Below, piece by piece: positions 16,231 to 25,231 of a DNA stretch of 64,000 bases. A program made the translations under genes and the position numbers. Under the pieces are notes generated by a model. It was not told the origin of the DNA and ran no database searches. It saw nothing but the letters and a program-made list of their open reading frames with translations. Each line of letters starts with the position of its first letter. Position 1 is the first letter of the stretch. Source of the DNA: a virus; the IMG/VR virus record IMGVR_UViG_3300019487_000020, positions 1-64,000 of that record. The stretch is one strand, 5' to 3'.

Positions 16231-16661
16231 TACTTCCTCGATGCCTTCTTGGAGATCACTGCGCTCATGAACTTCTTGAGCGGCCTCTGGGCCTTATTTG
16301 ACTTACCTGCTGTTTCCATGGCACATGCCGGGCAGTCCTGGTGGCATCCGCTCGGCGAAGACCAATGGTCGGGCTTGTCTTCCTCGCCTTCCTTTTTGAT
16401 CACCTTGGTGTTGTCTCCAGAGGCCTTCCCGGTCTCCTTGTCGCTTGCATCGCTGACCTTGTACTCGCGCCGTTCTTCCTTGCTTTGCGGAGCGACAGAA
16501 TCCTCAATGCGGTCTTGGCCTTTGGCATCCTGCGCTTTGGGCTCTAGTCCCTTGTCGCTTGACAGCATGTCTTTGCTCTGGGCTTGTGCCTTGCGTATCA
16601 TTTCCTCGGCTTTTTTCAAAACCGTCGAGGCAACTTCTCTGGCGCTATAAGTTTTCGACAT
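16230..16661 (-). CDS. hypothetical Lys/Glu-rich protein
   Basis: Complete ORF with an ATG start. Confidence 0.6.
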   Translation of the reverse strand: MSKTYSAREVASTVLKKAEEMIRKAQAQSKDMLSSDKGLEPKAQDAKGQDRIEDSVAPQSKEERREYKVSDASDKETGKASGDNTKVIKKEGEEDKPDHWSSPSGCHQDCPACAMETAGKSNKAQRPLKKFMSAVISKKASRK

Positions 16662-16693
16662 TTGCTCCCGATACCTCCGGTCCTGCTGTAAGA

Positions 16694-17206
16694 TTAGCGT
16701 TTGCCTCTTACCCTCTGCAGGAAATCCCTTAGTTTGTAAGACTTTAACTTGGAAGGGGTGTCAATGGACACCTCTTTGTCTTGAGACTTGGGCATAGAGC
16801 CCAGCTTCGGCGGCTTGGCTGCCATTGACATGTTGCCCACTCCTGGCGCTTTCGAGGGAGACGCAGGTGCCTTGGGTGCTGCAGCGCCCTGGCCTTCCAG
16901 CCTTTGCTTGCCCATCTGGAAGCGCTGCTTGGCGCCTGCGTAGCTGGCCATCTGGTCCCCGAGCATGTCCTTGTATAGAACACCTTCGGGCGTGGCGGGC
17001 AGGCTCTCCTGCGGAACCTGGGGCTTGTAATTCGGGTCCCTAATGTCCGCTAGGGCTTCCTTGGCGGAGGCCATGCGTTTGCGCATCTTGTGAAACAAGT
17101 AGTTGGCGAGCGCATACTTCGGCTTTCCACCGGGCCCCTTACCAGCAATCGACTTGGCCTTGGCCCACTTCTTCTCGTCTTTTTTGTCTTTCACAAAGCC
17201 TGGCAT
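16694..17206 (-). CDS. hypothetical Lys/Pro-rich protein
   Basis: Complete ORF with an ATG start. Confidence 0.6.
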   Translation of the reverse strand: MPGFVKDKKDEKKWAKAKSIAGKGPGGKPKYALANYLFHKMRKRMASAKEALADIRDPNYKPQVPQESLPATPEGVLYKDMLGDQMASYAGAKQRFQMGKQRLEGQGAAAPKAPASPSKAPGVGNMSMAAKPPKLGSMPKSQDKEVSIDTPSKLKSYKLRDFLQRVRGKR

Positions 17207-17228
17207 GCAGCACCTTAGATTTCAGCGG

Positions 17229-18251
17229 TTATTCGCTTTCGTCCCCTTCTACAGTAGTCCACAGCTGCTCACCTGGGTCGTCCAGCTCGTCAGGCGGGTC
17301 CTGGCTTATGATCTTGATGCCCGGAAGCTCGCTCTCGCCTTCTCCGTCCTTGATCTGTAGCGACTCAATGATTCTCCTAGGGGTCTTCAGCCATGTGTTC
17401 TCCACCATGCCCGTCAGAGTCACGTAGCGGCTCCATGCGTTCTCGGCGCCTGGCTCCGAGATCGAGTCGTTGGGGGTGATCGGGCCGGAGCTAATGGAGG
17501 ACTGGGTGAAGTCGTTGGCCTCGAGCAGCCCCTCCCTGTAGCGCAGCAGAGCGTACACCACTATGGCGTGAAGCCACATCAGCTGCGCTGTGTCGCCCAC
17601 CACGTGGCACCCTATGGTGTAGGACTCCTGGAAGAATGAGTGCTCCCTGCGGGCCCTGTAGAACTGGTACTTGGGCACCACGGCGAACTTGCTCACGGCC
17701 GGCAAGTTGGTGCCGGCGTCTATAAGCAGGCCGTTGTCGCCGCCTAGTTCCTTGATGACCCACCCTTCCCCGTTGGCTGGATTCACTAGGACCATGCCTG
17801 GGGCCACTGCCCTGAGGTCCACCTCGGAGGGCGCCTCTAGCAGCCCCGACGCCTGGTCGTAGGACGAAGGGGTGAACGCCTTGACCACGAAGGGTATGGT
17901 CTTTACCCCATCGCCGGGCATTATGGTCTCGACCACCGAGGAGGCATCGGCCATATGGCGCATATCCTCGCGCTCGGAGGAGGAGCCTAGCTCTATGGTG
18001 ATGCAGGGGTACTGGTCGCGGTCTATCCTGTGGCGCATGTAGACGTCGATCTTGTTGCCGCCCCCGGGGCCGTCGGAGCCCAGCCACTCCTTGCACCTGT
18101 CTATTTCCTTCTGGCCATACTTGTCCCTGAGGTACTGGTTGTCCACGAACTGGCCCATCATGTCCTGAATGAGCCAGGGGTTGCCCCGTACGTCGTCTAG
18201 GGCTAGTTCGATTGCGGTTTTTATTACGGCGTCGCCGTTGAATAGAGCCAT
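17229..18251 (-). CDS. virion-module protein, function unknown
   Basis: 340-aa ORF whose ATG follows AAGGGAG. Confidence 0.65.
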   Translation of the reverse strand: MALFNGDAVIKTAIELALDDVRGNPWLIQDMMGQFVDNQYLRDKYGQKEIDRCKEWLGSDGPGGGNKIDVYMRHRIDRDQYPCITIELGSSSEREDMRHMADASSVVETIMPGDGVKTIPFVVKAFTPSSYDQASGLLEAPSEVDLRAVAPGMVLVNPANGEGWVIKELGGDNGLLIDAGTNLPAVSKFAVVPKYQFYRARREHSFFQESYTIGCHVVGDTAQLMWLHAIVVYALLRYREGLLEANDFTQSSISSGPITPNDSISEPGAENAWSRYVTLTGMVENTWLKTPRRIIESLQIKDGEGESELPGIKIISQDPPDELDDPGEQLWTTVEGDESE

Positions 18252-18258
18252 GGCTCCC

Positions 18259-19023
18259 TTAAGATTGGTCCAAGTACTTGTCTAGGATTGAGGGCATGAT
18301 GTCCTTCTCCCAGACGTCCTCGGCCCACATGAGCGCTAGGTCCATGAGCTTGTCGCCCTGCCGGCCCGGGTGCATCCACCGGCCGTCCTGAATGTGCTTC
18401 TCGCTCACCATCCTGAAGGTCATTATGTCCCTGCGGATAATGCCCCTGGAGGTCATGCGCTGGGTTATGGTCAGGCCGCTCAGCGCCGGCGTGGTGGCCT
18501 TCTTGGTGGGTTTGGCGCTGTCCAGGTTCAGCCTGTGCAGCACGCCAAGCCTGGGATTGCCAGAAGCGTCCCGCTCTATGCCCTTGAACGGTATGCCTTC
18601 CTTTTTAAGCTCTCGCTTGAGCTGGGCAACGATCTCCTGGGCCTTGGCGGGCATCTGCGTGGGTGCCTTGCCGTGGTCGAACGGTATGGCCTTGTACTTG
18701 GTGCCGTCCTTCGCCATCTTGGCGTTCTTGCGCAGCAAGTCTTGGACCATACTTCCGCTCTTGCGGCCTTCCTCTATCCATAGCGCAGGCTCCCCCAGGG
18801 AGACCACCCACACTCCGGGCATCACCTCCTCGAAGGTCAGGTTGTCCGTGTACTGCTTGCGGGAACTCTTCAGCCTCTGCTGGGCCAGCTCGAGGGTCTT
18901 GGCGTGCGTCATCGAGGCAAGGCTTTTGACTCCCTCTTCCAGGGCTGCTTGGACCTGCTGCTTGACCTCGCCGAACTGCGCGGCAATGGCCTCTGCGTCG
19001 ATTTTGAGCTTTAGTGCGCTCAA
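18259..19023 (-). CDS. virion-module protein, function unknown
   Basis: TTG 19023 follows GGAGGT. Confidence 0.6.
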   Translation of the reverse strand: MSALKLKIDAEAIAAQFGEVKQQVQAALEEGVKSLASMTHAKTLELAQQRLKSSRKQYTDNLTFEEVMPGVWVVSLGEPALWIEEGRKSGSMVQDLLRKNAKMAKDGTKYKAIPFDHGKAPTQMPAKAQEIVAQLKRELKKEGIPFKGIERDASGNPRLGVLHRLNLDSAKPTKKATTPALSGLTITQRMTSRGIIRRDIMTFRMVSEKHIQDGRWMHPGRQGDKLMDLALMWAEDVWEKDIMPSILDKYLDQS

Positions 19024-19244
19024 GTGTTCCTACCTCCGAAAGCTACAGGGTCGCCGCCGCTGTCGAGGGCTGCGCCACGCTTCCTGTTTACCCACCTAGT
19101 GAGGCCAGTCTGGTTGTCGATCACCTTCTGCTCGCCGTAGTTGTTTATGGCGCCTTCCGGCTGCCTGGGCTTGGGCACGTGCTTAGTGGTCTCTTTGGCG
19201 GGTAGGCGCCCGATAGGTTCGCCGACCCGCCCTAGGCTTTTTTT
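19020..19244 (-). other. candidate -1 frameshift site and 72-codon extension of the 19232-20734 gene
   Basis: The slippery run is A7 (19238-19244, read as CCA AAA AAA). A 6-nt spacer and a 7-bp GC stem (19225-19231 / 19197-19203) follow. The -1 frame is open and GC3-rich down to TGA 19020-19022. Confidence 0.35.
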
Positions 19245-20734
19245 GGCGGGGCACCCTCCGCGTCATTGTATTGGGCTCCTGCCTGCGGCCCGTCCTGGTC
19301 TGCGACCTCGTCCCCGCTGGCCTGGCCAGCTGCAACGTCCTCGTCAGACACATCGCCTTCTGGAGGAGCCTCGGCCCCGCCACTTATGCCCATGGCCCTG
19401 GCCATAGCGACCATGGTCCTAAGCATCTTGATGCAGGAGGCATACAGCCCAGGGTTCTCCTGGCGGGTCTTCTCCACGAAGTCCCGGTTGGCCTTGAAGC
19501 CCTCGAGAGCCTCTCCGAGCATCTGCTTGATTTCATCGTGCCCGCCGTCGGCCGGAACGCCTGCCTGGTCTGCTGGGGGAGCCTCCTCGCCCTGCCCTGG
19601 AGCCGCTGCTTCGTCGTTCGAAGACTCCAGCGAATCCCTAAGCAACGAACCCATGGATGCCACGTTTTTGTCTTCAGGCTGCTCCTGGTCATCTTCGCCA
19701 TCTTCCTCCAGGCCCGTGCCTGCAGCCAAGTCTCTGTCGGTTAGGTTGTCCAGTATTGCGTCTGAGCCTTCGCCTTCTTCAGGCGGAAGATCATCAGAAT
19801 TTTCCTCAGGCGGAAGCTCGTACCCTTCTTCCCCTGGGGGAAGCTCGTCTGAGCCTTCTTCTGGGGAAAGCTCCTCACCGCCCTCATCCGGCAACATTTC
19901 ATCGGAGCCTTCTTCCGGTGGAGCTTCTTCTTGATCAGGCATTTCGGCATCGACGGCCGGCATTTCAGCATCTTGCTCTGGCAGTGCTTCACTGTCGTCG
20001 GACAGAGCTTCCTCGCCATCTTGTTCCGTCGGCATCTCCTCTTCAGCAGACTGAGCTTCTAGCGCCTCTTCTTCGCCGCCTTCTTCGCCGCCTTCTTCCG
20101 GGGAAGTAGCCTCTTCGCCTTCTGGCGCAGCCATTTCCTCAGGTTGCTCATCGCTGCCTTCATTCGGCTCATCGCCGCCCTCAGGCAGCTCAGTATTTTC
20201 TTCATCATTTGGTTCTCCCTCCTCGTCGGGCGGCAGTTCCCCGCTTTCCGATGCGGGAGCCTGCTCCTCGGCCGCTGGGGCCAAGTATGCTTCGTCTTGC
20301 TTACGTTCCTCGTATGTGGCGCCCTCGCCCATTGCGCGCGTATGTGCGTCCATCAGGAACTGGTCTGTTTCTGGGCTGTACTGTACAATTTGGTTCTTGC
20401 CGCTGAGCTTGCCTTGAATTAGGGCCTTGCCCGCTTCGCTGAGGGTGTTGCCGCAGCCGATGGTCATGTTGAAGCCGCTTTTGTTCTTGATGATCTGGCG
20501 AATCTTCTCCAGGTCCTGGTACTTGTCGGCCGGTATGCTGAAAGTTCCCTCGTCTCCGCCGGAGCTAATCCTGCGTCCGCCGACTGACATCACCCAGCTA
20601 AGCAGGTCTTGTATTCCGCCATCGATCTTAGCACTAACTTGGCTCAGAAGCTCTGGGTTGTCCCCTAAAACCGCGCGCCCTACCTGCTTGCCTGCGTCGT
20701 CCATGTCCGCCGCTATGAATAGTTTCTCGTTCAC
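19232..20734 (-). CDS. mCpol/GGDEF-like nucleotide cyclase (palm) domain protein with a roughly 300-aa acidic Pro/Glu/Asp repeat region
   Basis: The N-terminus reads FIAADMDDAGKQVG..RISSGGDEGTFSI..NMTIGCGNTLSEAGKALIQGKLSGKNQIV. This gives a metal-binding DxD, a GGDE motif and a ..AK..GKN-like tail, as in Cas10 palm, mCpol and GGDEF domains. Confidence 0.55.
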   Translation of the reverse strand: MNEKLFIAADMDDAGKQVGRAVLGDNPELLSQVSAKIDGGIQDLLSWVMSVGGRRISSGGDEGTFSIPADKYQDLEKIRQIIKNKSGFNMTIGCGNTLSEAGKALIQGKLSGKNQIVQYSPETDQFLMDAHTRAMGEGATYEERKQDEAYLAPAAEEQAPASESGELPPDEEGEPNDEENTELPEGGDEPNEGSDEQPEEMAAPEGEEATSPEEGGEEGGEEEALEAQSAEEEMPTEQDGEEALSDDSEALPEQDAEMPAVDAEMPDQEEAPPEEGSDEMLPDEGGEELSPEEGSDELPPGEEGYELPPEENSDDLPPEEGEGSDAILDNLTDRDLAAGTGLEEDGEDDQEQPEDKNVASMGSLLRDSLESSNDEAAAPGQGEEAPPADQAGVPADGGHDEIKQMLGEALEGFKANRDFVEKTRQENPGLYASCIKMLRTMVAMARAMGISGGAEAPPEGDVSDEDVAAGQASGDEVADQDGPQAGAQYNDAEGAPPKKA

Positions 20735-21618
20735 GATGAGTTCCTCCGTCTAAGCGCCTCTAACAGCATCTCTATGTTTTCAGGGTCCCATCCCTTGGAG
20801 AATCGAACCTGTACGCCCTTCTCGTGCTTCCTGACGAACACCTTGCGTTGCATGTCGTCCCCGTAGCATACGCACGCGCTGAAGGCGCCCTTTGCAAATA
20901 TGACCTTGCCGCAGTCCGGGCAGTCGGCGCTCTCGCCTTTGGCCATCTCGATCACAAACTCTCGCGGCTTGCTCTTTTTAAGCGCCCTGGTCCTAAGGAA
21001 CTGGCTAAGCGCCCTAGGCTTCCTGGCCTCGGCCGGCCTATCCTCCGGCTTGCCCTGGGCCTGCGCCGCCTCGCCCAGCCTGCGCAGCAGCATCATGCCC
21101 ACTGCCTCGCGCTGCTCCAGCTTTTTGGACACTACTTGGTCCACTAGTGCGTGCAGCGCCACTCGGTCGTCCACGAGCTTCTGCACCTTGGTTTCTAGAT
21201 CCTCGCCGGGTCCCCCGGGTGTGGTCTGCTCGAAAGAACGCTCTCCGTACATCTCGAACGCAGTCATTATGACCAGGCCCACGCTTGGCAGCGTGCGGTT
21301 TTTGAACTCAGCGACCTTCTTGCCCTCTTGATCGATCGTGCCCGAGTAGACGTCGGGGCCGAGCTTGTCTATGTGCATCATTGCTGGCCTGCCGTCCACC
21401 GGCAGCTCGGTGTCGAGGTGCTCGCCCTGCTTCATGGGCTCGAGCTTGTGGTACAGGAAGGACAGCACCGCCCTGGGCACTATCTGGAGCGCTGTTTTAA
21501 GCTCCTCGTGGTCCACCACCGTGTTGGTGCCTGGCTTGTAAAGCTCAAACTTGGCTAGCTCGGCCATGCCGCCTTCTCCGAGGGTCTTTCTGAGGAAGGT
21601 GTCAGCGTGACGGCTCAA
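20731..21618 (-). CDS. hypothetical protein with C-terminal Cys cluster
   Basis: TTG 21618 follows GGAG. The Cys cluster is CPDCGKV..ACVCYGDD. Confidence 0.6.
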   Translation of the reverse strand: MSRHADTFLRKTLGEGGMAELAKFELYKPGTNTVVDHEELKTALQIVPRAVLSFLYHKLEPMKQGEHLDTELPVDGRPAMMHIDKLGPDVYSGTIDQEGKKVAEFKNRTLPSVGLVIMTAFEMYGERSFEQTTPGGPGEDLETKVQKLVDDRVALHALVDQVVSKKLEQREAVGMMLLRRLGEAAQAQGKPEDRPAEARKPRALSQFLRTRALKKSKPREFVIEMAKGESADCPDCGKVIFAKGAFSACVCYGDDMQRKVFVRKHEKGVQVRFSKGWDPENIEMLLEALRRRNSS

Positions 21619-21630
21619 GCGCTGTACTCC

Positions 21631-22080
21631 TTAGCTCGGCTCGTTGGGTAGCTCTGTGCGTATGGAGCTTTCGTCGTTTACGATGAAGCACAGCAGGGTT
21701 GCAGCGCTCGCAATGGCGTGGGTCTTCAAGTACAGGGAGATGTAGGTCCACGACGCAGGCGCACACGGTATGCCGACTGCGCCGCCCGCGTCCGCTACCC
21801 CCGGGGCCAAGCTGGCCTGGCCGGCTACGCCCAGGGTGATCGAGCCCACTGCCGCGTTGTTGTTATAGACTGCAAGGGTCTTGCCCGCTCCGATCGAGCG
21901 CAGGGTGGTGGCGTCAGTGCTGTACCCGACTCCAACCCCGGGAGTTGGGATGGGCAGCAGGTTGTGGCCCATGTCCATGTTCTTCTGGGCACCCGCCGAC
22001 TCATTGTAGGTGAGGAATGGGATGCTGCCTAGGTCCTGGACCGAGTGTCCGGGCATGTTTCTTATGTTCTTTCTTGACAT
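21631..22080 (-). CDS. hypothetical Gly/Ala-rich structural protein
   Basis: Complete ORF with an ATG start. Confidence 0.6.
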   Translation of the reverse strand: MSRKNIRNMPGHSVQDLGSIPFLTYNESAGAQKNMDMGHNLLPIPTPGVGVGYSTDATTLRSIGAGKTLAVYNNNAAVGSITLGVAGQASLAPGVADAGGAVGIPCAPASWTYISLYLKTHAIASAATLLCFIVNDESSIRTELPNEPS

Positions 22081-22115
22081 GGAGTTACACCTCTTTACCG
22101 TTCGTTTTCACAGGC

Positions 22116-23051
22116 CTAAGATTCACTCGGCTCGTCGTCCATAGCCGTCATGTCCACTTTGATCTGGCCCTTCAACTTGGCCGGGGTTGCCTCGAACTTG
22201 GGGGCCTCCCTGGTCCTGCTTGTCTCGTTTTCCCTCTGGCTGTCCTTGCCGCCGCGTTGCTGGTTGTGGTACACGTATTCCCTAACAACTACCGCGTGAT
22301 AGGGCATGCGCTCAGGCGCCCTGACTCCGCTGGTGGTCACGTTGGTCACCCTGATCTCCTTGGGCAGCGTCAGCACGTACCAGTACGCCTTGTACAGGTA
22401 GCGTATTGAAAACACCCTGCCCTCCCCGGTGTCCGGGTCGATGCCTGGGGAGTTGCCGCCTTCCTTCCAGCTTATGTCGCCGGCGCTGGTTAGCTCGAAG
22501 TCCCTGCCGCACTTGTACTCTACGCCTCGGCTGTCCTCCAGGTGCTCGACCTTGGTGGCCGGGAAGGCAAGCACGTCGTGGCGGTCCGGCTGGTGCTGGA
22601 CTTCCTGGTAGGTGGACACGTTCACGTCCGCGTCCTTGTCCGCTATGTACAGCCTGTCGCCCGGAGCCAGGTATATGCGCTCGCCGTTGGCGGAGCCGCT
22701 GCCGTCCTTGTTGTAGAACCTGGGCATGACCAAGCGGCTCTGCGACGGGTCTGCCATGCCGCTGTCTCCCCTGGACTTCTTGGTGGAGTTGTCCGTCATG
22801 GTGGCGGTGAAGCATCCGGCCCGCTTGTAGAGCATGCCGTTGCTGCTTATGGTGTCCAGGGTCTCGGACCTACGGTAGTCCCCGCGGTCCTTCTTGCCTA
22901 TTGGGCTTGGCATGGCCCGGAAGTGTATGAAGTCTGTGCCCAGGCCTGTGCTGAGCTGGTCTTGCTGCCTTAGGTTGAACGAGGCCTGGAACAGGTCCCC
23001 CATCCTCGGCAGCGTGTCTAGCTGTGGCCCTACGGCCGGACGCTTCGCCAA
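22116..23051 (-). CDS. virion-module protein, function unknown
   Basis: TTG 23051. 311 aa. Confidence 0.6.
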   Translation of the reverse strand: MAKRPAVGPQLDTLPRMGDLFQASFNLRQQDQLSTGLGTDFIHFRAMPSPIGKKDRGDYRRSETLDTISSNGMLYKRAGCFTATMTDNSTKKSRGDSGMADPSQSRLVMPRFYNKDGSGSANGERIYLAPGDRLYIADKDADVNVSTYQEVQHQPDRHDVLAFPATKVEHLEDSRGVEYKCGRDFELTSAGDISWKEGGNSPGIDPDTGEGRVFSIRYLYKAYWYVLTLPKEIRVTNVTTSGVRAPERMPYHAVVVREYVYHNQQRGGKDSQRENETSRTREAPKFEATPAKLKGQIKVDMTAMDDEPSES

Positions 23052-23399
23052 TTACTTCCTCCTGCACAGAGCAGCGGTCTCCAGCATCATCTGGTCAACT
23101 TTCTTATGTCCCTCGGCGAGCATGCCCGCTATCTGGTTGACTATGGATTGCTTGGCTGCGCACATAGAGCGCTTGCGCGCGGACGCCGCCTCTAGCGCGC
23201 CGTTCATTTTGAAAACCCTGAACGAGAAGCTGAGCACCTTGCCCTGGCCCACTAGCCGCTCTATGTCGTTCATGAACTTGTCCACGGGGTCGCACTCCGC
23301 GTAGTCCACCATCACTTCCATGCACCCCTCCAGCTGCTCCTCGGCCGGCTTCTCTGGGTCGTACGGCCTGCTCCAGTCCTTGCCCTTGAGTAGAATCAT
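23052..23399 (-). CDS. hypothetical protein
   Basis: Complete ORF that abuts its neighbours. Confidence 0.6.
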   Translation of the reverse strand: MILLKGKDWSRPYDPEKPAEEQLEGCMEVMVDYAECDPVDKFMNDIERLVGQGKVLSFSFRVFKMNGALEAASARKRSMCAAKQSIVNQIAGMLAEGHKKVDQMMLETAALCRRK

Positions 23400-23400
23400 G

Positions 23401-23919
23401 CTACTTCACCTCGAACTTGACGCGCTTGGCGCCCACGGAGGCGGCTTTCCCCAGCGCCGTCCTTGCGATGGCCTGCTTGACGTTGGGAAGCTCTGCCCTT
23501 GCCTTGGCGCCCCTGACCACCAGGTTCTCGCCCTCGACTTCCCCTACGACCCTCAGCTGCTCCACGCCGTGCCTGGTGAGGCAAATGTCCACTCGGCTGC
23601 TTTTCTGCAGTACGAAAATGTCGTAGCCCTTGGCTATCTCCTTTTCGCCCAGGAAGTGGGAGGTGCACTCGACCACATGGGGCTCGTCGGACAACGCGCT
23701 TTTCGCCATCACCGGACGGAAGTCAGGGTGCTTCTTCTCGACCGTGTAGCGCACTATGGCCGGGTGGCTTCCTGCGGCCAGGGGCTCGTCCGCGCCTCCC
23801 CTCTTGGAGCGTCCCAGCGAGATCCAAAATCCGCCCTTGGTGCGTATGAGCTTAACTGAGCTTCCGTTTAGCTCGCCCATCTCCTCGATCGTGTCGACGT
23901 CTACTGGCCTGATTTCCAT
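23401..23919 (-). CDS. hypothetical protein
   Basis: Complete ORF with an ATG start. Confidence 0.6.
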   Translation of the reverse strand: MEIRPVDVDTIEEMGELNGSSVKLIRTKGGFWISLGRSKRGGADEPLAAGSHPAIVRYTVEKKHPDFRPVMAKSALSDEPHVVECTSHFLGEKEIAKGYDIFVLQKSSRVDICLTRHGVEQLRVVGEVEGENLVVRGAKARAELPNVKQAIARTALGKAASVGAKRVKFEVK

Positions 23920-23931
23920 TCTTCTCTCCTG

Positions 23932-25170
23932 TTAGGCGTTTCCGCCTTTGTGTCTAGGCGCCGGCAACGGCTCCCCAAGCAGTCTGTCGGACGCATGCCC
24001 GGCGCCTGGGTGGTAGCGCGGGTCGTCACCCTCTCCGGTCATGGCGGTGGCGGAGCCCTCCATCATCGCGTTGGCCGCGTCCGCGACCTCCTGCGGCGTG
24101 GCCTTGCGGGGCTCCCCTACGTTTTGCAAAGTGTGCTTCCAGGGCTTCCCTTCCTCGGCGCCCGGGTGCTGGGTCCATGCGAAGTCCTGAAGCTCCCTGA
24201 AGTGGTCTCCGGGACGCTCCACTTGTGAGCTTCCCTTGGGCTCGAATGTGTGCTGAAAGGCATGCGGGTGCAGCGCTGCGGCCGCTGCAGCGGCCATGGG
24301 CTTGTCCTCGTAGCTTACACGGCCCAGGTGCTCCCACACGTCGGGGTGCTTGGCGGCTATGTGCCTTGCCCGGTTGAGGTGGTCCTGCGCCAGGCCGTGG
24401 TGCGCTTCCTTCAGCTTCGCCCAGTCCGCCATGGGGTAGGAGCCGTGCTGGGGGTGCGTGTATATGCGGTCCTCCTCGGGGTACTGGCTCTCCTCGTGGA
24501 GGTCGTGCGAGACCTGGCCCATGACTGCGTGGTGGCCTGCGCCGGCTAGGTGCTGCAGGAAATTCTGCGCGTGCTCGGGGGCTGCGTGTATTCCACCGGC
24601 GGGCATGGAGGCCATGTGCTGCCTGTACGACCGCTCCCCGACGTCGGCCAATGCGCCCTTGATCTTGTTAACGAAGTCGTCGGAGTCGTCCTCGGCCTTG
24701 CGCACAGGCTCCTCGCGCTTGACGGGCGAGGCCTGGTAAAGGGCGACCACGTTTGCCAGGTGGGGATGGGCGGAGTTGAAGAACCCATGGTAGCCGGCTT
24801 CCTTGATGGCCCCATGCACCTGGTCCATGTCCACCATACCAGGATTGACATTGCCTTTGTTCCTCAGGGAGCCTATGATGCCGGCCGGGTCGGAGGCCAG
24901 GTCGTACAGCTTGGAGTCCTCGGGCATGTCCACCACGTACTTGCTGTTCGAGCCGGACGTAACGACGTGCTCGGGCTCCGAGCCTGCCCTGTAGAAGAAC
25001 GAGTACTGGTGGCCCTGGGCACGGTTCGCGGCCCTGCCGCCGGAGTCCACCCCGGTGCCTTTGTACTTTGGGTCTATGTGCTTCAGGCCCTGCCTGGGCG
25101 AGTAGTGGTCCAGCTCGCTGGGCCTGCCAGCGGCCTTATCCATCAGTGCCTTGTATAGGTGCTTGAACAT
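23932..25170 (-). CDS. His-rich protein, function unknown (possible internal virion protein)
   Basis: 412 aa with unusually many His residues. It lies directly downstream of the polyvalent gene. Confidence 0.6.
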   Translation of the reverse strand: MFKHLYKALMDKAAGRPSELDHYSPRQGLKHIDPKYKGTGVDSGGRAANRAQGHQYSFFYRAGSEPEHVVTSGSNSKYVVDMPEDSKLYDLASDPAGIIGSLRNKGNVNPGMVDMDQVHGAIKEAGYHGFFNSAHPHLANVVALYQASPVKREEPVRKAEDDSDDFVNKIKGALADVGERSYRQHMASMPAGGIHAAPEHAQNFLQHLAGAGHHAVMGQVSHDLHEESQYPEEDRIYTHPQHGSYPMADWAKLKEAHHGLAQDHLNRARHIAAKHPDVWEHLGRVSYEDKPMAAAAAAALHPHAFQHTFEPKGSSQVERPGDHFRELQDFAWTQHPGAEEGKPWKHTLQNVGEPRKATPQEVADAANAMMEGSATAMTGEGDDPRYHPGAGHASDRLLGEPLPAPRHKGGNA

Positions 25171-25231
25171 TAAAGTACTCCACCCATGAAGATTACATGA
25201 AACGTATTGGGTTTCTTTGAATCCCGGAAGT

